64,000 nt of DNA, taken from positions 1 through 64,000 of the IMG/VR virus record IMGVR_UViG_3300028603_000018. One strand, 5' to 3'. A model generated the notes under the pieces. That model was not told where the DNA came from, did no database searches, and was given only the letters and a program-made list of their open reading frames with translations. Made by a program: the position numbers and the translations under genes. Positions 29,689 through 39,425 of this stretch are shown one piece after another. Source of the DNA: a virus (Duplodnaviria > Caudoviricetes). Each line of letters begins with the position of its first letter. Position 1 is the first letter of the stretch.

Positions 29689-30147
29689 ATGGTTACAAAC
29701 TCAAACACAACAATTAAAGGTAGTGTACTTAAAGTAATTGGTGTCTTATTGACCTCAGTTTTTGTAATTAGCGGTTGTGGTAGGGATGACGCTAAAATTG
29801 CCTCAGCCAACCTCAGTAAGGCTGCTGATAATTTTGAAGTCATGCGGCGTACCGTGTTCTATAATGGTATCACTGGTGAATACATGCTTTCTATTGAAGG
29901 ACTTTGTTCATTAGGTAAAGCTCAAGAAACTAATGCAGTCACTGTTACATGTAAGACAAGTCCTCGACAATATAAAAAGCACTTCCTAGGACTTTCAGAT
30001 AACGTGACCTATTTCTCCGAACAGATGGACAGTGTTAATGTTAACGTCCATCACTACCGCGTTGTATTCAAACCGCAAACCATTCTTCCATCACTAGATA
30101 TTCGAGCTAGTACGTCTGATGCTGTTGATGTCTTCCGAGGGCATTAA
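29689..30147 (+). CDS. Phage lipoprotein
   Basis: Signal peptide with ISGC lipobox; SKAADNFEV.RR.VFYNGITG..LSIEGLCS, HFLGLSDNVTY. Confidence 0.85.
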   Translation: MVTNSNTTIKGSVLKVIGVLLTSVFVISGCGRDDAKIASANLSKAADNFEVMRRTVFYNGITGEYMLSIEGLCSLGKAQETNAVTVTCKTSPRQYKKHFLGLSDNVTYFSEQMDSVNVNVHHYRVVFKPQTILPSLDIRASTSDAVDVFRGH

Positions 30148-30161
30148 CCCCTTCTTACTAA

Positions 30162-30572
30162 ATGGAAAAAGAAATGAAACGAGATTTTACAGAAGACCAA
30201 TTGCGTGAAGCTTTGAACATTATTAAAGAAGATCCTTTCTTGAGGATTGACATCGGTTTTAACGAAGAGGGTAAGATGGTTACTGAACTTCGTATTCGAT
30301 ACATGCCTACCGCAGGTGGAGTACAGTTTAGTGTCAAAGGAGTCTCTTGGAATGGAGAGCATAGCGGTATTTACTTCCATAGTGAGGACGATGCATTCAA
30401 CTATATCAATGACAAAGCTATTGGCCAAATCATTGAAAGGTGTGACAGACTCAACCGCTTCCGTCAAAACTTAGGAAGAGAGAAGAAGTACGATCATTCT
30501 GCCATCATTCTCGAAGTGGTTACAGAACCATGGCAGGCTACCTCACTAGTATCAGGAGAGAAAAATGAGTAA
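30162..30572 (+). CDS. Hypothetical protein
   Basis: 136 aa, in operon. Confidence 0.65.
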   Translation: MEKEMKRDFTEDQLREALNIIKEDPFLRIDIGFNEEGKMVTELRIRYMPTAGGVQFSVKGVSWNGEHSGIYFHSEDDAFNYINDKAIGQIIERCDRLNRFRQNLGREKKYDHSAIILEVVTEPWQATSLVSGEKNE

Positions 30573-30804
30573 GATTAAAGCCAGCAGTCAAATAAGGATT
30601 GTTAAGATCCATGCTTCTCGTGGATATGGTGATGGTCATTGGGAAGTTATTGAGGAAGTGAATAGCAGTACCTACAAACTTCGCTGTGTCGATACTTCAG
30701 AAGTTATTTATATCTTCAAAGCACATTGTTTCGAAGATACAGGTACAAGGAAACTAACTCTTCAGAAACGACGAGAATATACTGAAGGAATTGGTAAGCG
30801 TTAA
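30565..30804 (+). CDS. Hypothetical protein
   Basis: AGGAG RBS, overlaps previous stop. Confidence 0.65.
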   Translation: MSKIKASSQIRIVKIHASRGYGDGHWEVIEEVNSSTYKLRCVDTSEVIYIFKAHCFEDTGTRKLTLQKRREYTEGIGKR

Positions 30805-30994
30805 ATTTCCAATAAATATAAACATTCTTAATAAAAGGAATAATTCAATATGGCTAACGTTATTCAATATCTGCATAAAAAGCATGATAAAGAAAAGATG
30901 GCATAAATAGGGAGTCCAAAAGGACTCCCTATGGGTGTGGTGAGTACTAGCAATACTCACCATTTTTACAACAACTCACGAAAAGGAGAAATCC

Positions 30995-31144
30995 ATGAGT
31001 GATACTACAGAAATGCGCTCGCACCGCATTTCATCATCACTGGCTTTTAATAGTCCAACGATGATGTTGGTCAAAGCGATTGAGGTGGGTAAATACCAAC
31101 CTCAACCAAGACCTACCAGTATTATTCTAGTTGAAGACGAATAA
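30995..31144 (+). CDS. Micro-ORF (49 aa), paralog of 32149..32310, not in ORF track
   Basis: AAGGAG RBS; MSDTTEMRSHRISSSLAFNSPTMMLVKAIEVGKYQPQPRPTSIILVEDE. Confidence 0.7.
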   Translation: MSDTTEMRSHRISSSLAFNSPTMMLVKAIEVGKYQPQPRPTSIILVEDE

Positions 31145-31263
31145 GTTTTCATTAGAATAATCAAGGAGAGAATAAAATATTCTCTCCTGTATGATAAAAG
31201 GTTATAATAATAAAATATTTATATTAGATGTTTTATTATTATACACCATAAAGGAAAGTTATT

Positions 31264-31734
31264 GTGAGTCAACTCATCTGGCGAATCGAATTCAATGGCG
31301 AAGGTCCTTTCGTCAATGAAGAGTCATTTACGAAAATCCAGAATACCATCTTAAAAGAAGTAGGTGGGGCTGATCGTTTCCATACTACCTTTCTCAACCT
31401 TTACACCCAGCGAGTAGACCCTCCTTACATACGGAAAGCATTTAAACATCTTTTTGACAAAGAAACTGCTCTCCCTATAGATAAGGATGTTAAATTTGGC
31501 TTTCCTTCTAAAGAAGTCATGGAGGATAGCCTTTGTATTAACCTAGAGGAGTATCCATATAGAAGCATCTACTATACCCAGTTCGCTACGCTATTTAGAG
31601 AACTAAAAGGTTTTTGTGTTAAAGTCTATTTAGCTAACCCCCTAGCCCAAGCAACTGAGGAAATAGCTTTTAAATTCTCAGAAGCTCTACTAGTAGAGAC
31701 GGCTAGTACTATCGAGCAATACAATCAGCTTTAA
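31264..31734 (+). CDS. Hypothetical protein
   Basis: AAAGGA RBS before GTG; WRIE..GEGPF and FGF.S motifs. Confidence 0.75.
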   Translation: MSQLIWRIEFNGEGPFVNEESFTKIQNTILKEVGGADRFHTTFLNLYTQRVDPPYIRKAFKHLFDKETALPIDKDVKFGFPSKEVMEDSLCINLEEYPYRSIYYTQFATLFRELKGFCVKVYLANPLAQATEEIAFKFSEALLVETASTIEQYNQL

Positions 31735-31852
31735 AAATAATGTATTAGCTAATATAACGTGCTAGCACATATTGTAAGAAGAGTCTTTCCAAACTTAATA
31801 TATACAAAAAGAGAACCTCTGTGTTCTTTTTTATGCCGTAAAGGAGTTAGTC

Positions 31853-32047
31853 ATGTACATTGTTGAATTCACCACCAGGACCATTGAGATTGAAACAACA
31901 TCTGTAACAGTTGGTAGTAAACGCTCTCTAACTAATCTCATTATTATCCTAGAGAATAGTAAAAGTGTTCTTCATTGGAAGATTAACGGACACCGTCCTT
32001 CAGATATAGGACTCAGTAACGATTCTTTCAGTAAGGAAAAAGTATGA
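31853..32047 (+). CDS. Hypothetical protein
   Basis: AAGGAG RBS. Confidence 0.7.
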   Translation: MYIVEFTTRTIEIETTSVTVGSKRSLTNLIIILENSKSVLHWKINGHRPSDIGLSNDSFSKEKV

Positions 32048-32148
32048 ATTAATTAAGGCATAAATAGGAGGTCCAAAAGGACCCCCTAAGGATGATGAGT
32101 GCACCAACACTCATCGTTTTTACTAACTACTCACCAGGAGATTCTTCT

Positions 32149-32310
32149 ATGAGTAATAGTGCTACGATACGCGAGTATCGAATTACACCTGCATTAGGAC
32201 TATTAAGTCCAGTACAGATGTTAAATGCTGCTAAAGATAAAGGTTTATATAAACCCCAATCTACACAGCAAGGTGTGACATTATCTAACCTTCGCAAGCA
32301 GTTTAGATAA
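32149..32310 (+). CDS. Micro-ORF (53 aa), paralog of 30995..31144
   Basis: AGGAG RBS before the ATG at 32149; MSNSATIREYRITPALGLLSPVQMLNAAKDKGLYKPQ... Confidence 0.7.
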   Translation: MSNSATIREYRITPALGLLSPVQMLNAAKDKGLYKPQSTQQGVTLSNLRKQFR

Positions 32311-32587
32311 GACATACAATAAAAGAGAGGCCACCACCTCTCTTTTACTACCACCTATTAAATAGAGAATGGAGAAGTTCTCACATATAATGTTAATATT
32401 GCTTTAAATTTATATACTTCTCTTAAAGAGAAACAAATCCTATCTTTCTTTTTTTCTTTGTTACAAGTAAAAATATCTATTACAATAAGAAGCAAAGCAA
32501 ACAAATCTTATGTCAATCTTCTATAATTATTAAATAACATCTTATTAATTAAAACATGAAAGTTTTAAAAAATAGTACGAGGTCTCT

Positions 32588-33286
32588 ATGCGTGAGATAT
32601 TGATAGCAGGAGGAATTGAGACTGGACTTGATCCTTACTGGAATAATGTGTCTCTGTTATTACCTTTATCTGGCGATGACGGATCTAAACCTCTTTTAGA
32701 TGCAACAGGAAAAGCTATTACTTACCATGGTTCAGCACAGATAGTAGAGACTCCTTCTAAATTTGGAGAGGGTAGTCTTTCTGCATTAACAGCTTCAGAC
32801 TATCTATCCTTTCAAGGCGGGTCTCCTTTTAATTTCAGTAATAATGATTTCACTATTGAATTACAGTTATATGTAAGCTCATCTTCAACAGGTTCTATTC
32901 AAGCCATATATGAGGATCGTGTCAATGCAGCGACCGATCTTGTCTGTGCACTTACTTATACTTCTAATAAACTAACTATGTGGATGTGGATCTATGGTGT
33001 TCATGTTACAGCAGTTGGTTCAGGTCTTACCGTACCTCCTAATACATTTAATCACTTAGTCTGGTGTCGATCAGGTAATACTATTAGAACATTTATAAAT
33101 GGTGAAATTAATCAAACCTCCACTTATACAGGAACAGCAGGTGGTGGACCAACAGTGCGTTTATTAGGAAGTACTTATAGTCAGCCAGTAAATGCTTATG
33201 CTAATGATATTAGAGTAACTAAAGGTATAGCTCGCTATATAAGTTCTTTTGATCCTCCAACAGAACCTTTCCCAATTAATAGTTAA
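32588..33286 (+). CDS. LamG/concanavalin A-like domain protein, probable virion accessory protein
   Basis: DPYWNNVSLLL, SKFG, DFTIE, NHLVWCRSG.TIRTFING, DIRVTKGIARY..SFDPPTEPF. Confidence 0.88.
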   Translation: MREILIAGGIETGLDPYWNNVSLLLPLSGDDGSKPLLDATGKAITYHGSAQIVETPSKFGEGSLSALTASDYLSFQGGSPFNFSNNDFTIELQLYVSSSSTGSIQAIYEDRVNAATDLVCALTYTSNKLTMWMWIYGVHVTAVGSGLTVPPNTFNHLVWCRSGNTIRTFINGEINQTSTYTGTAGGGPTVRLLGSTYSQPVNAYANDIRVTKGIARYISSFDPPTEPFPINS

Positions 33287-33305
33287 TATAAAAAAGGATT
33301 TAGAA

Positions 33306-34003
33306 ATGAGTAAAGAATTAATGTTAATCCAATCCCTAGTTGGTGGAGGGGGGTAACGAATGGCGATATTGTATTTTACGGTGAGTTAGGTCCGAATTTT
33401 TTAACTTATGAAGATCTAAGTCTCCATTTTAATGTTGGGGAAGGGCAGCTTAATACTGGAGTAGGGGTAAATCACTGGCTTCGGTTCACTATTGATGATA
33501 AAGAAATTATAATTAGTAAGGTTAGTGTTAGACGTTCTTTAACATATAAACATCTATACTCGAAAGGCTTAATCTACGGTACTGATGATGTAGGTCTTTA
33601 CACCCCTGATGGGTTAGTTGGTGTAAATCAATTAAAGACTATTGTTATTCGAGGACAGGCTTACAAATGTCGGTTAATTAGAGGCTGTGATGGCGTTTCT
33701 GGGCTTACGACTGGTAATAGTGGTAATGATCCTGTAGGTACATACAACTCTGAATGGAGTCGATTATTCTATCCAATAGTTACAGATAAGAAAGACGTTG
33801 TGTCTTACCAAGGTCCTATGATTGGTAATTATACCGACGATAGTTTAGAAATGAATGTCCGATATAGCTGGTGTCAGGAAGTTCTAAATAGCGGACCTAC
33901 TACTCAGTCAGTCTTAAGAGGTGGTTTTAGTGTAAGTAGAATGGTTTGGGCAGGTAATGGGAATTACAACGTATGGCGACCATGTCTTGAAAAGATTGAC
34001 TAA
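33306..34003 (+). CDS. phiKZ-type virion structural paralog family protein, frameshifted at G6 (33348-33353)
   Basis: RBS and ATG at 33306 give MSKELMLIQSLVGGGG-stop; the -1 frame is open from 33353 to 34003 (FYGE..HWLRF..KGLIYG..YKCRLIRG..SEWSRLFYP..SWCQE..WRPCLE). Confidence 0.75.
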
Positions 34004-34093
34004 TTATTCTACTGCTGAAATATTTAATTCTAGATTATTTCAATTATATATAACTGTTATGACGTCACTAGTTAACAACTCAACATTCTTAAG

Positions 34094-34381
34094 GTGTTAA
34101 ACATGGACTATAGAACAAAGTTGGCTGTAGAGTATATCGAAGATAAAATCAATAAGCTATTATTTACAACTGATCCTGATCTTTTTCTTTATCAGGATCA
34201 GGGCTTTGCTATTATGCAGCAATGGGATTCTGATACTGTTTCTGGATATGAGCCTACTAATAGATTCTATGTCTGGGTAATAGCTGAGCGTAAAAGAGTG
34301 AGTGCTGAAGATTCACTCCAGAATACCATTAAACAGTTTATTGAAGTTATTGAATCTCAACATGAAACTTCCCTTAACTGA
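34094..34381 (+). CDS. Hypothetical protein (start probably ATG 34103)
   Basis: Promoter-like motif at about 34028-34056. Confidence 0.7.
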   Translation: MLNMDYRTKLAVEYIEDKINKLLFTTDPDLFLYQDQGFAIMQQWDSDTVSGYEPTNRFYVWVIAERKRVSAEDSLQNTIKQFIEVIESQHETSLN

Positions 34382-34871
34382 CTTCATTTCTTTTACGCTT
34401 TTAAAAAGCTATGAGAATTATTGGAAAGAGAAGTATCTTAAACCAAACCAAGTAGAATTACGGTCTAGATCTCGATATAGTGCTGTAGACAGATTGAGAG
34501 TTCCTGTGCCTGTTCTTATAAGGACTGAACATGGTTCTCTTTTGTTCTCTCTTTCTTCTTCTCCTCAACGTCAGGTAAAGAACCTAACGAATAAATTAGA
34601 GGATTTGAGAGTTAAGGTAATTGAGTATTTAGTTCTTAAGGATTCGGTAACAGAAGAAGTCCTAGAGTATTATAGAGAACTAAAACAACACGTAAGCTAT
34701 CATCGCTATCCAACCAACCACTACTTAAGAAACTTTTATATTATCTCACTTCTAGAGTCAGGCTTTACACTTATTAACGCTAACTTAGGAAGAGGAGTCG
34801 ATATAGAACAACTTCTTAAACAATACCCTACACAATTCAAGGATTACTTTGGTAATCTTAGTAGTAATTGA
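34362..34871 (+). CDS. Hypothetical protein, paralog of 34986..35501
   Basis: Internal ATG at 34362 chosen; shared motifs ending L.KQYP.Q. Confidence 0.65.
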   Translation: MKLPLTDFISFTLLKSYENYWKEKYLKPNQVELRSRSRYSAVDRLRVPVPVLIRTEHGSLLFSLSSSPQRQVKNLTNKLEDLRVKVIEYLVLKDSVTEEVLEYYRELKQHVSYHRYPTNHYLRNFYIISLLESGFTLINANLGRGVDIEQLLKQYPTQFKDYFGNLSSN

Positions 34872-34985
34872 AAAACATAATAGAGCTTCCTAAGAAGCTC
34901 TATTTATGCCCTATTTATAGATAAGCATTTCAACAGTAAACCCTTTCTAACTATAGAGTAATCAAAAGGAGCAAAGGTACTCAAC

Positions 34986-35501
34986 ATGAAGGTAGTTATC
35001 AACTCTTTTAAAACCATCGATGAGTTCGAAGTACATTGTACTAAGATGATTCCTCGACTAACGAGATTCAAGCATTCAGAACTACGATTGAATGCTAAAA
35101 TGGCTGTCTTTGTCAAAACAGATAGAGATATCTTTACCTTATCATTCACACAAGTTCCTGTTAAGCAAATGAAAACGCTACTTAACAGAATGGATATGTT
35201 CGATGTTCCAGTAAATGAACTAGGTTATCTAGAAGTTACTGTAACTGAAGAGGATGTGGAAGAGTATCCTGAGTATTTCTCACACTCTACCTCAAAGGTA
35301 ATAACTTCAAGAGATAAGCATGACTACACTATTCCTTGTGAAGCACCTTTTCATACACTCGTAGCAAAGAAAGCTTTCTTTTTAGAATACCTTTTAAAAG
35401 AAGGTCATCTTGTTGCTAAAGCAGGTGTTCAAACAGGAGGTAGTTATTACCATCGCTTGTCTAAACAATATCCCAAACAACTCGTTAGTGGTTATCGATA
35501 A
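34986..35501 (+). CDS. Hypothetical protein, paralog of previous ORF
   Basis: RBS; similarity seen by eye. Confidence 0.75.
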   Translation: MKVVINSFKTIDEFEVHCTKMIPRLTRFKHSELRLNAKMAVFVKTDRDIFTLSFTQVPVKQMKTLLNRMDMFDVPVNELGYLEVTVTEEDVEEYPEYFSHSTSKVITSRDKHDYTIPCEAPFHTLVAKKAFFLEYLLKEGHLVAKAGVQTGGSYYHRLSKQYPKQLVSGYR

Positions 35502-35512
35502 GGAAATAAGTC

Positions 35513-35917
35513 ATGAATAAAATCAAACTAGTAAAGAAGCGGGATGTAGAGTTCATAGACTTTACAAGTATTAGGACAAGAATCATCGAAAAGGAGGGGA
35601 AGAGTCTAATCTTACATCTTAACCATTCTTACACTGAGGATGACAGATATGTTGTCATTTACCATAATGACTCCGTTTTTCCTATCTTACATTTCTCAGC
35701 GACTTGTCAGGTTAGTCAAGTAACTGAAAAAGGATTCTCTGCATACGGTACGATGGTATTGAGAGAAGGACAATGGGGATTCAAAGCTATTGATTCCTCC
35801 TTTTATGAAATCTATCACATTCCACATCTACCAGAATGGGAGCGATTAGAAGAAGCAGAACTTGAAGTCGCTGAGAAGTATCTATCTCAATGCGATCTTT
35901 CTGAATTCTTAGACTAA
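35513..35917 (+). CDS. Hypothetical protein
   Basis: AAGGA RBS. Confidence 0.7.
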   Translation: MNKIKLVKKRDVEFIDFTSIRTRIIEKEGKSLILHLNHSYTEDDRYVVIYHNDSVFPILHFSATCQVSQVTEKGFSAYGTMVLREGQWGFKAIDSSFYEIYHIPHLPEWERLEEAELEVAEKYLSQCDLSEFLD

Positions 35918-35927
35918 AAGAGGAAGG

Positions 35928-36413
35928 GTGATGTTTATTTTAAAGAAGACACTTCATGCTGAGATTCAGTTAGCTGAGTTCAGAGGCTATCATAAAGCAA
36001 GAGAAGATCTGATTAAGGAGAAAGAAACATATGCTGAATTTGATCGTCAGCAATTACTGAACACCTTCATTATTGGTGTAAGTAATGAGTATGAAAATCC
36101 TTATATTGGTAAGGTTGTTGATTTCTTTTCTTCTGATCCAGTTATTTGGGACTTTGTAACAAATACTGAATTTGTTTTTATGGGCGCTTTTAAACCCTAT
36201 ACCAAACAGCTATTTGAAGCCTTATTGAAACTCTCTCCTGAAGAACGCGCAGCAGTTATGTTCGTCAATCTGTATAAGGGTAAAGAAGTCTCTTTCAATA
36301 AGGTATTGCGTCCTGATACTGCTATACTCTCTCCTGATGAAATCAAACATACCTTAATGACAAATGGTTATGATTGGGAGAAAGGCGTAGGAAATCCCAC
36401 CATTTCAAAATAA
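35928..36413 (+). CDS. Hypothetical protein
   Basis: GAGGA RBS. Confidence 0.7.
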   Translation: MMFILKKTLHAEIQLAEFRGYHKAREDLIKEKETYAEFDRQQLLNTFIIGVSNEYENPYIGKVVDFFSSDPVIWDFVTNTEFVFMGAFKPYTKQLFEALLKLSPEERAAVMFVNLYKGKEVSFNKVLRPDTAILSPDEIKHTLMTNGYDWEKGVGNPTISK

Positions 36414-36480
36414 TTAGGAATACTGTCTAAAGGTATACATATAACTATCTTTAGACAGTGTCTATAAATAGGAGATTACA

Positions 36481-36693
36481 ATGAAACGTTTAATTAGAAC
36501 AAGTCTGGAGTCTTTTAGAACTTTAGATTATTTCACTTTAGTTAAAGAGGAGCAAACCATATTACCTAATACAGAAGAAGTTAAAGAAAACATTTGGGTA
36601 TATCGTGACCCAATGGGAGTGTTTATCGACTGGCACAACCATATGAGAGATCTAGCACTACGTCATGATTTACGACGCAACTTTGAGTTCTAA
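36481..36693 (+). CDS. Hypothetical protein
   Basis: Promoter motif at 36437, AGGAG RBS. Confidence 0.7.
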   Translation: MKRLIRTSLESFRTLDYFTLVKEEQTILPNTEEVKENIWVYRDPMGVFIDWHNHMRDLALRHDLRRNFEF

Positions 36694-36806
36694 TTTAAAG
36701 GAGTTTACTTTGAACTTCCTACAGTTAGTAGCTCTAAGAATAGATAATTCAATCAACGGCATAAAGAGAGGGAATAATCCCTCTCTTTAAATAGACTTAC
36801 TTAACC

Positions 36807-37055
36807 TTAAGGATTCTCAGGATCTGGAACTGGATCAGGATCAGGTTCATCATCACCAGGAACTTCCGTATCATCATCACCGTCTTCAAAACCAGCTTTC
36901 TCATAAAGTTCAGGATACAGAACTTCATTAAGAGGAGCTAGCGTATTACCAGCACGACGATAGACAGTTTTCTTTTCTTCACTACTCCAAATAAATGGGA
37001 ATACTAGTGCTTTAAGATCAGCTTGTCTGCGCCATGGTCGAATAGTTGCAGCCAT
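36807..37055 (-). CDS. Small protein with acidic D/P-rich tail, lone minus-strand gene
   Basis: AAGGTG upstream on minus strand; converges on hairpin 36758-36789. Confidence 0.7.
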   Translation of the reverse strand: MAATIRPWRRQADLKALVFPFIWSSEEKKTVYRRAGNTLAPLNEVLYPELYEKAGFEDGDDDTEVPGDDEPDPDPVPDPENP

Positions 37056-37231
37056 ATAAACACCTTCTTAACATGTTAAAAAATAATGAGAGGTTATATT
37101 TCTCAAAAGATTCAGCCTAGTTGTGTTTGAAATAGTGTTTTTAATTAGAAGTTAAAAAGAACTTTATTTTAAGTACATATCACTATATTGACAAAGGTTA
37201 TTACTCATTTAACTCTCCTAGGAGAAGAATA

Positions 37232-37537
37232 ATGTCAGTCTGGCTAAAGATGGATGCTGAGAAACAAAGCGTCGTAGGTAAATTCATTGAACGTGCTTAT
37301 TATGGTAGAGGTGAATTGCGTTCTTTAATTGACCTAGCACCCAACAGACAAGGTCATCCTGATGATGGTAGGTGTCATTCTCTTAGACTAAGTGGTAAAG
37401 CAGAAGATCTTCTTCCTTGGTTAGAGTTGTTTGAAGAACTCACCAAAACAAACCTATCTGAGATTAAGAAAGAATTACGAGATGGAAGGGAAGTTATTAC
37501 TGCTAGAGTATTACATCCTTCTTTGTTCATGAATTAG
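37232..37537 (+). CDS. Hypothetical protein
   Basis: Promoter motif at 37175, AGGAG RBS. Confidence 0.75.
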   Translation: MSVWLKMDAEKQSVVGKFIERAYYGRGELRSLIDLAPNRQGHPDDGRCHSLRLSGKAEDLLPWLELFEELTKTNLSEIKKELRDGREVITARVLHPSLFMN

Positions 37538-37556
37538 TTTTTAGTATCTTCTATGT

Positions 37557-37778
37557 ATGGAGACTTTACCTATGGGTCACCGCATTATCATTCTTCCTTT
37601 TGAAGAAGCTGTTTCAACAGCAGTAAAACAAAACATTGAGTACGACAAAAGCATTGGTATTTATAACGAAGGCAATGAAGATATTTACCGAGAAGAAGCC
37701 ATCTTTCTGTTAACGGTCTTAGGGGAGAATTTCCTCCCGGAAGACCCATCAATCCCTCACATCAAAGTAAAGAAATGA
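37557..37778 (+). CDS. Hypothetical protein
   Basis: In operon; GGAG precedes the second Met. Confidence 0.6.
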   Translation: METLPMGHRIIILPFEEAVSTAVKQNIEYDKSIGIYNEGNEDIYREEAIFLLTVLGENFLPEDPSIPHIKVKK

Positions 37779-38017
37779 GAAAATACTTTAAAGCAGAAAC
37801 ACACGAAGAACATTTGGAACGTCTCCGCAGTCAATATCCTGGTAGGTATATCTATTGGGAGAAATCTAGAGAAGTCCCTAAAGGAGAAGTCTTTAAAAAC
37901 TGGACTAAGATCTTTAACGAACGAGAAGCTAAACGACTATCTTCTCAAGTAGATAAAGATTTTAAGACCTACCTTGAAGCAGCAAAACTATCTGAAGATG
38001 GTAAAGCTTTAGCGTAA
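37775..38017 (+). CDS. Hypothetical protein
   Basis: ATGA overlap with previous gene. Confidence 0.65.
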   Translation: MRKYFKAETHEEHLERLRSQYPGRYIYWEKSREVPKGEVFKNWTKIFNEREAKRLSSQVDKDFKTYLEAAKLSEDGKALA

Positions 38018-38031
38018 GAAAAGGAAAAAGT

Positions 38032-38391
38032 GTGGAAGCTATTAAAAAATCTAAATACATTCTAGCTTCATATTGTCAAGATATGAAGGTAGGGCAGAAA
38101 AAACCTATTATATTTGATACGGATAAAGGAGAGTATATCTATATCGAAGATGTAGGTTATGTACTAAAGAAAGAAGTAGAGTGTGGTATTATTAATTATG
38201 TCTTCCTATACCACATGGAAAAGCATCGCCAGCGCTTTAAAGTAAAAGTCGTCGGTAATGGGGAAAATAAAAGAACTATTGCAGTGAGGACGAAAAATAA
38301 GGCTTGGTTTATTAAGCTTTATAAAATCCCTGCTGAACTTATCAATGATAGAAAAGTTGTCCAGTATCCACGACACTTCATCATTTACTAA
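38032..38391 (+). CDS. Hypothetical protein
   Basis: AAAGGA RBS. Confidence 0.65.
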   Translation: MEAIKKSKYILASYCQDMKVGQKKPIIFDTDKGEYIYIEDVGYVLKKEVECGIINYVFLYHMEKHRQRFKVKVVGNGENKRTIAVRTKNKAWFIKLYKIPAELINDRKVVQYPRHFIIY

Positions 38392-38508
38392 TAATTAAAT
38401 AAGTAAAAGGGGTTTGAGGCAGCCTCTTTTTTTTAATTTTTAATTATTAGTTCCATCATATGGATTTTCGATAGTCCTATCTTTAACACTAATTTAACGA
38501 CAAACAAG

Positions 38509-38721
38509 ATGAACCTTATTAACTTGAACGAAAAAGCGATTACCAATATCAAGATTGGTGATGAAGTACGATCCTATCTCACGCATGATATTGGTACAAT
38601 CAGTGAAGTTGATCTGGAAAATAAGACTATCAGTATTAGTTGGGCTAATGGTCATGAGAGTTCTGAAGTAGCTCATAACAGACTAAAGACTGTTGGTTAC
38701 GTTAATAAAGTTTCAAACTAA
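38509..38721 (+). CDS. Small SH3/KOW-like barrel protein
   Basis: IKIGDEVR...GTISEVD...ISISW pattern. Confidence 0.6.
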   Translation: MNLINLNEKAITNIKIGDEVRSYLTHDIGTISEVDLENKTISISWANGHESSEVAHNRLKTVGYVNKVSN

Positions 38722-38878
38722 ACTACCAAAGAGTTTACAGGGGTCTTTTTAGACTCCTGTATTATGCCTTAGTTTTATTTTTTTATCCAGTTGAGCTAAT
38801 ATATAGGTTAGTTTAATTTGAACATATATCATTATTATAATAAGCTAATAGAATTATAAGAAACAAAAGGAACTTAAC

Positions 38879-39055
38879 ATGAAAGAGTATAAATACTTTA
38901 AAAGTGATCTAGATGACTTTATAGCTTTCATCATTGCTGCTTCAGCATCAGTAATATTTATCTTAATGCTGGTGTTTAACTTAGGTGTTAGACACGATGT
39001 TAAAATGAAACCTGGTACAGAAATTAGAGCTGAGAAAAAAGAAAATGGAAACTAA
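38879..39055 (+). CDS. Small membrane protein (58 aa), not in ORF track
   Basis: Promoter-like motif at 38822, AAAGGA RBS; FIAFIIAASASVIFILMLVFNLGV. Confidence 0.7.
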   Translation: MKEYKYFKSDLDDFIAFIIAASASVIFILMLVFNLGVRHDVKMKPGTEIRAEKKENGN

Positions 39056-39425
39056 ACAATTCACACAAGAAGAACAACTTCTATTAAAGAGAAAGACAGA
39101 AGTCCTTGACTTTCTCACTAAGTACTTTAATCTACTACCTGTAATGAATGGTAAGTATACAACTACTATTTCTGATGTAGTAAGGATTGTGAAGCCAGTA
39201 TTTATTGATTTAGTTAATGGTAGTCCTAAAGAAGAGTTTTCCTTAACCCTTCATAAAGACAGTAATCTACTTTCTTTTCTAGTAGTTGTAATGGATACAA
39301 TTAAAGAGCGTTTTTCTTTTCTATCGATTAAAGAAGAGAGAATAGATAAAACTGATGCTGTTGTTGAGATTTCATACACAGTTTCTTTTACTGATGAGGT
39401 AGAAGATGACTCAATTAAAGAGTAA
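39045..39425 (+). CDS. Hypothetical protein
   Basis: 126 aa, in operon. Confidence 0.65.
   Translation: METKQFTQEEQLLLKRKTEVLDFLTKYFNLLPVMNGKYTTTISDVVRIVKPVFIDLVNGSPKEEFSLTLHKDSNLLSFLVVVMDTIKERFSFLSIKEERIDKTDAVVEISYTVSFTDEVEDDSIKE

Noticed and set aside
32092-32148. N-terminal extension of the 72-aa ORF, and the antisense ORF 32127..32354
   Set aside because: This stretch is the conserved RNA leader; RBS and paralog alignment place the start at 32149
33800-34003. 67-aa stand-alone ORF
   Set aside because: It is the tail of a frame open from 33353, part of the frameshifted gene
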